Shown: positions 1-13,282 of the stretch, piece by piece
Numbering within the stretch: position 1 is the first letter of the stretch
Layout: each line of letters begins with the position of its first letter
NCBI RefSeq assembly: GCF_009914755.1
Contig: NC_060944.1
Direction: 5' to 3' (one strand)
Length of the DNA: 64,000 bases
Source: the human T2T-CHM13v2.0 reference genome, Homo sapiens
Translations under genes and position numbers: made by a program
Notes under the pieces: model-generated
The model's database searches: none
The model's input: only the letters and a program-made list of their open reading frames with translations
What the model was told of the DNA's origin: nothing

Positions 1-749
1 GACATGGAGGCAAACAGGAAAAGTCAAGTAACTTGCCCATAGCTGCTGAGGCAGTCAGGATTTGAACCCAGGTGGTCTGACCAGAGTTTTCTCTTTATCA
101 CTATGTATTTCTGCACAATCCGTGGGTGTTCTTGTCAAATGCCTACATCCTCTCTATTCTCTAGCATGCCTGAAAATCTCTCTCGTTCCTAGGCCAAGAG
201 AACCTCTCTCAAGCTTCCTGGCTCCTTGCCATCTCTGCCCCTCCATGACTCCCCATCTCTGCCTCACTGTCTCCCACAAGGCATGCTAATAATAACCATC
301 CTGTTCCTTGCCAATTCCTCATTCACAGGAACCCCATCCTTCTAGTTCTGGCTCCTTTCTCCAGAAAATAACCTATCTGGAGGCTCTAGTTCTTCCTCTC
401 TTCATGCAATAGCAACAACAATCACTATCACCATAATAATACTAATAACAGTCAATACCTATTGAGAATTTGCTATGTGGCAGACACTGCCCAAACAACT
501 GTACCTGTGTATTATCTCAGTTTAATTGTGATTGTCACAACAGCCCTATGCAGGAGGTTCCATGATTATCTCCATTTAGCAGATAATGCAACTGAAGCAC
601 AGAGTGAATAAGTAGCCTGACCAGGGTCACAGAGATGAAAGTAGTGGACAGCCTGCTGGGTAGACACAAGGCAAGCTGCTCATAGCATTATGCTATTACA
701 CAAGGGGGAGATGGAGAGAGCTAGACAAGCTATTCCCAAATATCCAATC

Positions 750-895
750 AGTGTTAGGATGGATAGCAGCAAAATTGTTTAGCATAAGTATATCCCATGC
801 ACTATTTGGGATATACTTATAGTTTAAAAATGACTCCTTGTTCATCTGAAATTCAAAGTGAACTTAGCACCCTGTGTTTTATCCCTCAACCCTAG
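750..895. mobile_element. MER53 hAT MITE with central palindrome
   Basis: ATAAGTATATCCCA(784-797)-9 nt-TGGGATATACTTAT(807-820), ATCTGAAATTCAAA, CAACCCTA terminus. Confidence 0.75.
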
Positions 896-1639
896 CTGGA
901 CCAACATTCCAAAGATGTGAGGAGGGAAAGCCCAAGTATTTCTAAAGACCAGATGTGGTTCTGAAGTGAGAATTTCAGCCCAGGTCCTCTTTAAAATCCT
1001 GCCTAAGAGGTCTGCTTCTAAGTGATATAGGACCCCTAAGGGAGTTCCCATATATAGGAAACCAGGAACTAGAGGGGGAGCAGCCAGGGGAAAAAAAACC
1101 CAAGGGAAGGGCTGTGAAGTGTTCTGAGAAGGGGGAGATCCTCTAGTCTCCCGACTCTGTAATGCTCACAAGAGAAGGGTCTGCTGTAAAGGGAAGCTGA
1201 GGGGCAGGAGTCATGCACCTGCTAGGCTCCTTGTCTTTTCCTGCCCCCTGGCTTCTTTCACTGTGGCTGTCACAAACCTTGCTTAAGAAAATAAGGAAGA
1301 AGAGATGAAACCGTAAAGGGGAACTCAGGAGACAATAATCTCTCTTTCCTCTTTCTCTCCCAGCTTCCAGCCTGTAGAGCCCTCAGGAAGGGGAGGGGAA
1401 AGGATTTCACTTCAAATCAAGTTCCACATTCTGATGATCACCTGGAACTGACCATTCTAATTTCTGAATTGAGACCATGTTTGTGTATTAAAGTAATTGG
1501 AGGATTTTAATTACATCTCAAGAGTGATAGGAAAAGGCATGTGTCTGCAGGGGTTTTTGTCCAAGTAATAGGAAAAGAACTTCCCCACTGAAAATATTTT
1601 AGAGCACTAGCTGGAGAGAAAAATAAACATGACTTTTAA

Positions 1640-2135
1640 AAAATAGCTCATTGAGCTATAATTTACATAAAATAAAAGTTCTGACAAATGGTCATATTCA
1701 TATAGCCACCATCCCAACCAAGATATAGGACATTTACATCTCCCCAGAAAGTTCCTACATGCCCCTTTCAGGTCAATTCCCACATCCTCTCCAAAACAGT
1801 GCTGCAATTTCTATCACTATAGATTGGTTTTTGCCTGTTCTGGGATATAATGGAATCATACAGGATGTACTTCTGTCTCTGGCTGTCTTTTAATTTTAAT
1901 TTTACCAACAAGAATGAGCTTGAAGTGTGTCTGGCTGTTTTGCTCAGCGTGATGTCTGTGAGATTCCTCCACGCAGTTGTGTGTACCAGTAGCCTATTCT
2001 TTTTTGCTGCTGAGTAGTATTCCATTCTGTGAATAGATGAGAATTTATTTGTACATTTTCCTGCTGGTGGACATTTGTATTATTTCCAGTTTGGGGCTAC
2101 TATGGAAAAAGTTGTTGTGAACACTAGAATACATC
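1640..2135 (-). mobile_element. L1M 3' fragment
   Basis: Antisense ORF MEYYSAAKKN..TAWRNLTDITLSK is typical L1 3' sequence. Confidence 0.8.
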
Positions 2136-2251
2136 TGCTTTGGAGGTGACATCCTGTGAGTCCTTTTGTGCGATGTATTCATTCTGTACATGATATAAAT
2201 GGGAGGAAAGTTGTTTAAATTCTGGCTGCAAAGGTTGCTGTCAAAGCTGTA

Positions 2252-2252
2252 T

Positions 2253-2290
<38 letters not shown>

Positions 2291-2525
2291 TCTGTCTCTC
2301 TGTCTCTCTCTCCCCCCTTCTTTTTCTCTCCTCTCCCTCCCTCCTTCTTCCCACTCCCTCTGTCTGTCCTCTCTCTCCCTCCCCCTCCTTTTCTCTTTCC
2401 TTCCTCTCTCTCCTCCCTTTCTCTCTCTCCCTCCTCCTCCCTTTCTCTCTCTCCTCCTCCCTCTCTCTTCTTCCTCTCTCACTCCCCCTCCCTTTCTCTC
2501 CCTCCCTCTTTCTCCTGTCTCTCTG
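2252..2525. repeat. CT-rich polypyrimidine tract
   Basis: ~270 bp almost purely C/T. Confidence 0.95.
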
Positions 2526-3361
2526 GATGCTCCTGTCAGGATGTCAACTCAGCTTTCTGTGAAGGAATGACTCCAGATACAGCACATGTCAGCTGGAGAG
2601 GTGACCCAAGGGAAATGGCAGGAGTTGGGAAGTCAATCCTTGGCCCACTTGGGGTTTTGGCAGCAAGTAGGTCAAGAGTGTGTTTTATTACCTTGCTGGA
2701 GAGGGACTGGAGCAGAGCCAGAGTGACCCCCAAATGCCTGCCCTGCCTCAGCTGAGCTTCCTGTGGGCAAATGGATTCAGATTTGCCAGCTGTATGCCAG
2801 ACATCTGGTGGAGAATTAGTAAGAAGTGCTGCTGCCCCTCATCCCCTGACTTTCCCACTCTGCCAGGACTTAAGAACAAAACTAACTTCCAGAGAGCAAA
2901 AATCTCCCAGGGGACTTGGAGGCAGGGACTAGAGCACTGAGGCCTGTAAAATGCTAAGTGGTGGGCTCTCAGAACAAGCAGGCCAGGCCTTTCCCCCCGT
3001 CCAGGTCTTTGCACCTGCTGTTCCCTCTGCCTGGCCCTCTTGACCCCACGCACCCCCTTCTATCTCTGGCTGGCTGGCTCCTTGCTGTTCAGCCCTCACT
3101 TCAAAGGTCTCCCCTCCAGGGAGTCCATCTCTGATCACACTGTTCATTGTGGTCTGCTGCACATTATCTGGCTTCATTCTTGTGGAGCCACTTATCACTA
3201 GCTGAAGTTTATTTTTTGTTCATTCACTTATTATCTCTCTCTCGCCTCCCTGCAGACCATGAGCACCATGCAAACAGGGCCTTTTCTGTCTTTGTTCGCC
3301 TCTATTCTCAGTGCCTCAACAGGTATTTGTTAAAAGAATGAATAAATGATATAAAGTCATT

Positions 3362-3838
3362 TCAGGCATTTCAAACTCATATGCAGGGGACAATTTAATG
3401 AGTAATATGGGCTGGTGTAAGAAAAGTCACGTTTTCTCAGGTCTGATTTGCACTTCCAATAGTGCTGTGGATATAGAAAACTATTATTTTAGCAGGGGAT
3501 AAAAGTTCCCAAGCTTAACAGTAACTTACAGCTGGCACTGGACTTCAGTGTCATGAGTGCAATAGGGAGGGGCGGGGACTGTGGTGAAGTGGGGAACACA
3601 GGGGCCTCCCCTACCACGAGGACAACCACTGCTGCTCAGCTCCTCTGATTGTTGTGATGCAGGAATGTGGGTCCCGTGATGCCAGCTCTCCTGATTTCAA
3701 GAGAAGCTTGAAATTTTGCTTCTATGTGAAATCTCAGTTTTAAAAGATTTGCTCATTAAAAGGAAACTGTGGGCCAATCAAAAAAAAAACTACATCTGCA
3801 GGTGGTATTCAACCTATAGTCACCAATTTATGACCTCT
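3362..3838. mobile_element. Old hAT-Charlie element (MER102-like); related copy at ~53955-54350
   Basis: Shared GGGACTG.GG.AA.TGG and AGAGAAGC..GA..T..A.TTTT.A.TGAAA motifs. Confidence 0.45.
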
Positions 3839-4804
3839 CATCTAAGTGATTTGAATTGGTAGAAGGATGGACCCCTGCGGTAATTAATGAAAAACCGACA
3901 TATTGTATATGTGCCCACACATACGCAATACTGAATGTAATGTCAAGATGTTGACAGATTAGTAGGGATCACCGGACTCTGTACTGAAAACCCCTGCTCC
4001 ATTTTAAAATCCCCATTTTACAGATATAAACTGAGGTCTGGAGAGGAGGTGTAGTGTCTTCAGGACCATGCAGAGCCTAAGAGTAGATCTCATCACTCCC
4101 AGCCCTGGTCCGTTTGAAATAGTGGAATCATAGAGGGGAGTCCAGGTGGATCCATGATTTTACTCCACCCAACAGCAGCTCTGGTCAACCTCTGCCTCTG
4201 GGCCTCCTGTTTCATGAACTCACACCAGCCACGTGGCCACACTGAGGTTCATTCTGTGTGTTTGCAAAATAGAGGCTTCCCTCGGGTCTTCAAGGGCAGA
4301 TTCAGGTAGGAAGGAGTGTGGGGCCACATGATCCCGAGGCACTGCTCCTTTCAATTTTAACTTCTGGAGTTCAGAGGTTGGGAGAGGTGTCTGATTTTGC
4401 AGACTTATTTTCTGGGTCAAGCCAGGGTGAGCAGTTTGCTTTCTTGCCACTTGTTTCTGTCCAGAGGCTCCATTTTGGGAGGGAGAATCTTGCTGAGCGG
4501 GCCCAGGGAAGAAGGAGTAGCAGCTTCGGGTAAAACATTGCTTAGCTCCCAGCCTACTCCCTCTGCCGTCAGAAGCCAGTGGGACTCAGCTAAAATCTCT
4601 AGGGTTGAAGGAACTGACGGCAAGGCCTAACGGAGTCTGCATCTGGAGAAGACAGGTGCCACAGGGAAGGAGGCTAGTCCTAATGATCAAGGCTGACCCC
4701 AGAGGCCAGATTCTGGGTGAACTTGATATGGATGAGGTTGGGAGGATGGCTGAAATGGAAAGTGGTCAGCTGCCTTTGAAGGGGAAAGAATACCAAGCAA
4801 CTCT

Positions 4805-5020
4805 CTAGTGCTGGCCTGTCTAAACAGTGGAGCCCTGGGTCACATGTGGAATTTAAGTTCAAGTTCATTAACATCAAACAAAATTTAAAATTCCAGTTTC
4901 TTAGTAACACTAGCCACATTTCAGGTGCTCAACAGCCACATGGGACTAGGGTCCACCATTCTGAACAGAGCAGATATGGAACATCTTCATCATCACAGAA
5001 AGTTTTATAGGACAGACTGT
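4805..5020. mobile_element. MER3/MER33-type hAT element
   Basis: CACTAGCCACATTTCAGGTGCTCAACAGCCACATG..CATCATCACAGAAAGTT. Confidence 0.75.
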
Positions 5021-5369
5021 TCTAGAGAACTCAGGCCCAAGGGCCAGGAAGCCTGGGGATAGGTGGTTTTGCTGCTGAATTTTTGCAGGAAATCACTGAA
5101 CACACTGAGCCTAAATTAGTTCATCTTCTAATTGGGAATAATAATATTGGGATGTCTACATCACAGAGGATTCCATTAGGACAAATGTCTGTGAAAGCAT
5201 TTTGAAGTGTGTGATTGACATTTCTATCTTAGGGATGATATTATGAATAAATTTGGATTTCTTTCTTATATGCTCTATTTTCCAAACTTCAACAACAAAT
5301 ATGCACATATTTTAAAAAAGAAGGCATCCTCTGAATACACAAGTGATATATCTGTAAAATTATTGGGTT

Positions 5370-6810
5370 ACATGTTCTTTCTCTGAGAATTAGCAGATAT
5401 TTAATTATTGCAGAAATTTGAGTCCAGCCTGATTTCTCCCACCCCTTATAGCTCACTTGAATTTTTTGCCTGTATATCCATAAGGTTTTTTAATTAAGCT
5501 TCAAGTCCATTAATGTTACCACAATTTGTCTTGGTGTTGATGAGTGTCCATAAGCTGTTTCTGGAAGACAGTAAGCTCTTTCAACCTGCATATGTTTTAG
5601 TTTTGGAGAAATGTTCTTCTATTAAAGATTCCAATATTGTTTTCCATTTTATTTTTTTCTTCAGGAACACCAATTATGCTGATGTTGGATTTCCTTTGTC
5701 TTCCATACTAATTGTTTTTCATCCATCCTTTCTTACTTTTCCACTTCATTTTGTTCAATCTTTTTTAGCCTGTATATCATGTCTCTGATTATGTTTTTAA
5801 TATTTCCTCATTTTGCTCTGTCTGATACAGCCTTTATAACAGAATAGCTTTATTTTTCTCTTCCACTTACTTCCTGAGTGCTGTTTTTTCACCCCCTTCT
5901 GCTTCTTAATCTCTCTTCTTTGCCCTTTTTGTTTCTTATTTTGAGATTTGTTGTAGGCAGGCAATTTTTAAAATACATTTCACCGAAAAATATCTGTCCG
6001 ATAGTTTCTCCCACTTCATAACACAAATCTTCTAGTATTTATTCTGTTTTTCTCCTTTCTATTTTATGTTTCTTCCCTTTTTATTTCTCATGCTCTCTTT
6101 TTGGCAGATCTCATGTTGGCTACTTATTACAGAATTGCGGTCATTCTTTTAAGACCGGTTCTTTGTTGGAGGAAAGTGTGGGGAAAGGGGCTGGCCCACA
6201 GGTATCTAAGCATTGGCTCTGTTGACTATCTCAGAATGCTTTCTCATCAACATGGACCCAGAACATGCCTCTCCTCTAAGCAAGGGGGAGCCCCTTACTC
6301 AATGCGAAGACCCAAGACGGTCACAGTTCTTTGGTGTCTCTTTAGCATTTATGTTTGTTTGACTGACAGAGAGAGAAAACTAGAACCTTTACAGCCATAC
6401 AGGTGATCACTATCCACAATCTCTCTCCCATGTGCCATTCCAACATCCCGCTTCATGACAAGCGTCTTGGAGCCTCCTCAATCAGTTCATCTGAATGCTG
6501 TACTGTCACATACATCTCAGGAACTCTCCCTTCTCTGACATGCATGCTCCAGGCTTTGCCAGTATTAGGAAGTGTCAGAGTTCAAAAACACTTCAGAACT
6601 CCTCGTCCTGCCCACGATGTGCAGAAGCATGCGCCACTCTTGATTTCCTTCTGCAGTTTGGTCAAAGTTTCCTGCCATTGTCAGCTCTTCTTCATATGCT
6701 GGCGAGGTGGGATTGTGGTCTTTCCTTCTTTCATCAAAGATGGCATATTCTTCTCCTTTTGTTGCTTTTGTGGTTGTTTTCAGAGTGCTTCAGAAAGGTG
6801 AATGGAATAA
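5370..6810 (-). mobile_element. Ancient L1/HAL1-like fragment
   Basis: T-rich antisense L1-type sequence with TGAGTCCAGCCTGATTT motif. Boundaries approximate. Confidence 0.5.
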
Positions 6811-7276
6811 AAGTCTTTGTTCTACTAACTTAAACCATAAGTGCCTCCCACCTAGTAATTCTGTGATCAGAAAGTGCTGTTTTCTTTTGCATATCTGTAT
6901 TTTCTAATCTTTCTACAACAAATATGCACAGTTGAAACAATATGGGATTTGGAATTAAAGGAGCCTGAATTAAAGACCCGATTCTTCCACATTCTAGCTG
7001 TTGAACCTGGGCTTGTTAACTCTGTTTACCTTCAGTTTCCTTGTGTGCTGTAGACATATGATCATACCATCTCCCTTGGAGAGATGGTTATTAATATAAG
7101 GTAACCACTGACCCAGTGATTGATACATACAGTAGCTCAATACATATGATATATTGTTATGTTGTATTAAATAACATTGTTATTAATAGTACAATTAGAT
7201 CAATTTCATAAAGCTGGGCTTCAAAAATACTGTACTTAAAATATGAGAGTCAGAATGAAGCTGAGATCATTTAATC

Positions 7277-7483
7277 CAGTGGTTCTCGACAGGGGGTGAT
7301 TCTGTCCCCCAGGGGACACGTTTTAGTCTCACGACTGGTGGAGGGTGCTCCTGGCATCTAGTGAGTACAGGACAGAGATGCTGCTAAACATCCTGCAGTG
7401 TCCAGAACAGCCCCCTACAATAAAGAATTATTTGTTCCAATAGGGTCAATGTCCACAGTGCTGAACAAAGTGGAGAAACCCTG
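7277..7483 (+). mobile_element. MER20
   Basis: CAGTGGTTCTC..GGGGGTGATT..CTGGCATCTAGTG..GATGCTGCTAAACATCCT..GAGAAACCCTG. Confidence 0.88.
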
Positions 7484-8943
7484 GTCTAATCTAACTTTTA
7501 GTACATACAATGGAGGAAGTGGTTGTCCCAAGAAGGAAAGTGGCTTCCCTGAGGTCACACAGTGAGTCAGAGGTAGATTGTGCAAGTTAAGGCCATGCTT
7601 TCTCTTAGTTCATTGAAAGACCATTGTGCCCTGGGCTTTATCATGCAGCAGGAGTTGGGAGCAGGGCTGCCATGTGGGCGAGGCTCACGCGTGACCCTGA
7701 GTGAGCTCCTCCTTCAATCTTGCTCTCCAAATGCCTCATGTGGCCACCCTAGTCCTAGCCTTGGTCCCCAACTCAGCCCCGCTCACACCCACCCAACCCA
7801 TACATAATCTCCAAGGTCTGGCTTTCTTATAGGAAGCCTTATAATCCCCCCACCAAAGAAATCCCAGCTTCTCAGGCTTAGCCAATACACGACCACAGGG
7901 ATTAAAGCCTGCAAGCAAAACGCGCAGGGGTGAGAGACGGGTGGAGAGAGAGAGAAAAAAATGCCATGTCAGGTGGTTAATTTTTGAGCTGGGGAATGAT
8001 TTCCAGGCATACACAAGGCAACTTTTTTCCTACTGCCCCCCAACTTGCCCTCTTTGTGTAGGAAAGGAAAGAAAGAGAAGTGGTCTGTTCTCCAGGACCC
8101 TGGGGCAGGAATTTTCAGGACACTGCCTCCACCACCACGGTCCCCTTCCCCCTGCCCCAGCTCCCTGCTGGGCTGCAGCTGGCATTTTTGTCAGGGCACT
8201 GGGCAGTGACCAGGCTCTTGGCAGATACTGGTAGCTCTGTGCCAGGCAGAGAGCTGGCTGGCCCACACTTTGGGGACAGGACTGAGACCAGCTGCCCACA
8301 GCAGTGCCCTCCTGCTGCCTACGAGAGTCCCACTTCTCAGGAGTGTCCAGGGCTGGGGCTATGAAGTGCTGAACTTTGCACTCCAGCAAGGCAGAAGCAA
8401 GCCTTAAACCTCATGGTATCCCGTTGCCCAGGACTGAGCCTGCGAAGTGCCAGACCCTCTGGAGCTACATAGTGTTTGAAGCATCATGGCTCAGGCACTC
8501 AGGACTGGTGTCGCTTCCTCACTCCGAGCGTCAGTTCACTCATGGATAACATGGGAATGACGGCCTCACAGAATCACCATGGTGGGACATTGCCTGGAAG
8601 AAGGCCAGCCCCCAAGGGGAAAAAAAAAAAAAGCTGCCAGGATCAGGGGAAAGAGCCATGGACAGGGAGCTGGGACCTGGGGGTTGAAATCCGGACCTGA
8701 TGCCAAGAAGCAGAGAAGCCTATGGGTTATGAGCTTGGCATCCAGTGCCAGATTGTCTGGGTTCCAATCCTGGAAGTCTATAGCTTCCAGAGCAGATGAC
8801 TTAACTTTGTTCCTTGGTTTTCTGTAAAATGAGGGTGATGATAATAATGATGATAAGAATTTCAACCTCATAGAGTTATTGTTGGAAGGATTAAATAAGT
8901 TCACGTAGGTAAAAGGCTGGGTGCAACATATAGCCCAGAGTAA

Positions 8944-9018
8944 TCTCTATCTCTCTCTCTCTCTTTCTTCCTCTCACTCTCTCTCTCCCTTCCTTCCTCT
9001 CTCCTTTTCTCTCTTTCA

Positions 9019-9067
<49 letters not shown>

Positions 9068-9098
9068 CAGACAGATAGCTCTTTATCTACCCACCCAG

Positions 9099-9154
<56 letters not shown>

Positions 9155-9196
9155 GTTTATGTATCTATCATCTATCTATCTATCATCTATCTATCT
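8944..9196. repeat. Compound STR: CT-rich, (AGAT)11, (ATCT)14
   Basis: AGAT 9021-9064, ATCT 9099-9154. Confidence 0.95.
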
Positions 9197-11810
9197 GGAG
9201 ATTTACATATTTAATGTTACCTACTACTGGCAGCTGTTATTTTGTTACATTCCTTGCCCTCTTTATGTTAGAAGGTTCATCCCAATGATCCATAAGCTAC
9301 TTCACGTCCACCATTTGGGGATGAAGGTAACAATTCCAGTTCCCACATATATACGGACCCCAAAGGGAAAGAAATTTGGAGCACACAGAGCAGGCCCAGG
9401 GAAAGGACCCAACCTGGAAAGAAGAGACAGAACCCAAGAGAAACCCTTTCTGCCAAGGCCAAGAAGCACATTGGCATGAGACCTCCACTTGGAAAGAGGA
9501 GGTTAAATCAGGCAGGTGAAGGCTCAGGGGAACAAGGCCACTAGGAGTCACATAGCTTGGGTGCAAATCTCAGCTCCACCACTTATAAGCCACCAGCTTC
9601 AGGCTGACTCATTGGCTTTTTGGAGCCTCCCTGTCTCCATCCGTAATTTCGGATGCATATTAGGCCATCTTCAGAGAATGCCCAGGGGAGATCAAAAGGC
9701 AGGTGGACATGGCTATGCTTTGACAGTCCTGCAATATGGGCATTTCTCCCCCAGCCTCTGGGCAACTCTCCCTCATGGCCTCAGTGCCATACCACTGCTA
9801 TCTGAGATAGCTACACATGTTGAGCCCTTACTACACACCAGACACTGTTTGGCAATTCCCTTGTTAAACTCTACCCACTGCCCTGAGAGGCAGCAATAAC
9901 TACTGTTTATGGGTGGCTTGGTTTATTGTAGCTCAGAGAACTCAAGTGACTTGCTCAAGGCCCTCTGCCTCAATGCAAACCATAGACAAGAAGAACAAAG
10001 CAACTATCGATTGAGGGCTTACTATGCTTAGGCACCAAGCCATGCTTTTTGGGGTGCATTAGCTCGCCTGTGTGTCCCAGTGACCCTGTTTAGAAATGAT
10101 AAAGCACACAGAGGTTTGGCAACTTCTCTGCCCATGTGTGTACATCTAGCAAGGGATGGAGCCACGATCCTACCATGGTGGTCTAGCCCAGGGCCCTAGT
10201 CCTGATCTTATGGGCCCTATCCCCACGGCTCAGCGATGAAGATTATAGTGGAGGGAGCAGCCAGCATTTACTGAGCACTTACTATGTGTGAGTGCTGATT
10301 AAAGCCCTTTACAGTAATTGTGTCTTCGGCTCTTCCCAGGCTCTGGTAGGTTCTAGTAGAGGAAATGAAAGGACAGGCACTCAACAGAAGGTGCTTGATA
10401 GGCATTTTCATATCCTCTCTGGGGGGCTAATTCAGTCTTGAGGGTGAGCAGAACTGATTTTCGTGTGCCCACTTTCCAGAGGGAGAGACTGAGGCATGGA
10501 GGATTAATCCAGAGGTGATGCAGATGGAAGTAGTTGAGGCCACCGGGAAGTCTTGCTTCTGGTTGCCAACCGAGGCTCCCTCTTACCTTGTCCCATGCCC
10601 CAAAACACTCTGAGACAGCAGCTAGGGGCCATCTGTGTCCATCTGGGCACAAGACTCAATGGGGGAAACAGAAAGGGCAGCAAACCTGCCCCAGGAGATG
10701 CCTGAGCCCCGCCCCCAACCCCTCCCCTACAGTGGACTCTGTTAGACCCCTGGACTCATTAGTGGATGTTGTGACAAGTTCAAGTTCTTGGAGCCATTCA
10801 TTAAAAACGTTCCTGCGGTGGCTCACACCCTGTGGCTGCCCAGGCCTCACTAATCATTCACGAGCCAGACAGGAGGGTGGTTGTGGGGGTGTGCCCTGGA
10901 TGCAGGAGCTCCTGGTGGCCTCACTCAGCCTGAGGAGGGTAGAACACGTTGTTCTGAGAAAATAAGCTGATTCATGGTGTGACCTTGGGCAGCTCCGTCC
11001 TCTCTCTTTGCCTCAGTCTTCCCAACTGTCCAGCTGGTTCCTTCATCTCCCATCATGGAGCGGCATGGTGGGGTGCACCAAAAGCTCCCCTCAGGCCCCC
11101 TCTATGTCCCTTTTCCCCTGTCATCCTCTCCCGCACCTTTGCAGCTGGTGCTAATGGGAGGCCTTTCTCCAGGTGAAGTGAAACCCTGCCCGAAGGCACT
11201 GGGGTGGGACGAGCCTTTAAATCCCATCTGGGCTCTTCATTTTAGTTTTTCTGTGACCAGGGGACCAAGGATCAGTCTCCTGGAAAAGGCTGTTATGAGA
11301 ACCAAGGAAGACCACTTGCTGTTTCTTGGACACTTGCCATGCTCCCACCCTTCTTTATGTTAGAACGTTATTCCCAATGATCTGTAAACCACTTTGGGTC
11401 TATCATTTGGAGATAAAGGTAATGATTCCAGGTACCACATATATATGGGCCCCAAAGGGAAAGGAATTTGAAGCACACACGGCAGGCCCAGGGAAAGGAC
11501 CCAGCCTGGTTAGATGAGAGAGAACCCAAGAGAAACCCTCTACCGAGGCCAAGAAGCACAGCCGCGTCCATGCAAAGTGACTTTTGCACTTGCTGTTCCC
11601 TATGCCTGGAATGCTCTTCCTTTATAGATGCTCAGGGCTTGCTCCTTCACCTTCTTCAGGTCTTTGCTCAAATGTCACCTCCTTTTGGTATGTGTTCAAT
11701 GCTCCCTTTTCCAGGACACCTTCCGGACTCTACAATTGCACTACTCTCATCCCCAACTCCCTCCCTACCCTGCTTTTGTTCTCCATAGCAGTTATCATCA
11801 TGGGACCTAC

Positions 11811-12441
11811 TGTCAGAGGCGTTTGAACCAGAGCGACTCCATCTTGAACAGGAGCTGGGGAGAATGAGGCTGAGACCTGCTGGGCTGCATTCCCAGGAAG
11901 TTAGGCAGCCTAAGTCACAGAATGAGATAGGAGGTCAGCAGGACTGGTTTCACAAGATACAGGTCACAAAGATCCAATTCATGAAACAGGATGCAGCAAA
12001 GAAGCTGGCCAAAACCAAGATGGCAAGGAAAGCGACCTCTAGTTGTCCTCACTGCTCATTATATGCTAATTCTAATGCATTAGCATGCTAAAAGACACTC
12101 CCACCAGCACCATGACAGCTTATCAATGCCGTGGCAGCATCCAGAAGTTACCCTATATGGTCTAAAAAGGGGAGGAACCCTCAGTTTCAGGAACTTCCCA
12201 CCCATTTCCCAGAAAACTCATGAATAATCCACCCCTTGTTTAGCAGATGATCGAGAAATAACCACAAGTATGCTCAGTTGAGCAGCCTATGCCACTGCTC
12301 TGCCTGTGGAGTAGCCATTCTTTTGTTTTTTCACTTCTCTCATAAATTCACTTTACTCTGTGGACTCACCCCGAATCCTTACTTGCACAAGATCCAAGGA
12401 CCCTTTCTTGGGGTCTGCACTGGGACCCCTTTCTGCCAACA
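11811..12441 (+). mobile_element. MER41 (MER41B-like) ERV1 solo LTR
   Basis: TGTCAGAGGCGTTTGAACCAGAGCGACTCCATCTTGAA start, GGGACCCCTTTCTGCCAACA end, near-TSD CTAC/ATAC. Confidence 0.9.
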
Positions 12442-12980
12442 ATACTATAGATCTTGCTTATTTATCCCTCGCTAGAATGTCAGCTGCATAGCTGAAAGGA
12501 TTTGTGACTGTCCGGTTCACTGTGACTGTCTGCCATGTCCCCCTAGAATAGTAGCTGGTACCTAGCAGGTACTCAATTGAAATTTTTTGACTGATTGTAT
12601 TAGTCACTTGTGGGTAGCACCTGGCACACAGGGAACACTGAGGAAATATCCCTTTTGATTCCATAATCATTCAGGACACGTGGATTAAGCACCTGTTGTG
12701 CATTGGTGGACAAGATGGACAAGGTCCCTATTAACCTCTCACTATTTGGAGGGCACTTTTTTGTTTTACAAAGCACCTGGTTCCCCTGGCTCCTCATCAC
12801 AGCCCCATGAGGCTGGTGGGCCTGTAGGACAGATGAGAAAACCGAGGCTGGCAAGGGAAGTGCCTGGCTTTCACCTGCAGGGAAGTTCTTGGCCAATCTT
12901 GGCTCTGTCCTGGATCATCCGAGCCCACATTCTGTGCTCCCACTGCTTCTTGGGCCCTGGGCTCTGGCCCACCCTTGACA

Positions 12981-13282
12981 TTTTTTTTTTCTTTTTTTCT
13001 TTTTTTTTGAGACAGACTCTGTCACCCAGGCTGGAGTGCACTGGCGTGATCTCAGCTCACTGCAGCCTCCGCCTCCTGGGTTCCAGTGATTCTCCTGCCT
13101 TAGTCTCCTGAGTAGCTGGGATTATAGGCGCCCACCACCACGCCTGGCTAATTTTTGTATTTTTAGTAGAGATGGGATTTCACCATGTTGACCAGGTTGG
13201 TCTCGATCTCCTGACCTTGTGATCTGCCCACCTCAGCCTCCCAAAGTGCTAGGATTACAGGCGTGAGCCACCGCGCCCGGCC
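12981..13282 (-). mobile_element. AluS
   Basis: Full dimer, poly-T head, TSD TGACATTTT. Confidence 0.95.

Noticed and set aside
2045-2570. R/E-rich and L/S-rich ORFs
   Set aside because: Products of the CT microsatellite.
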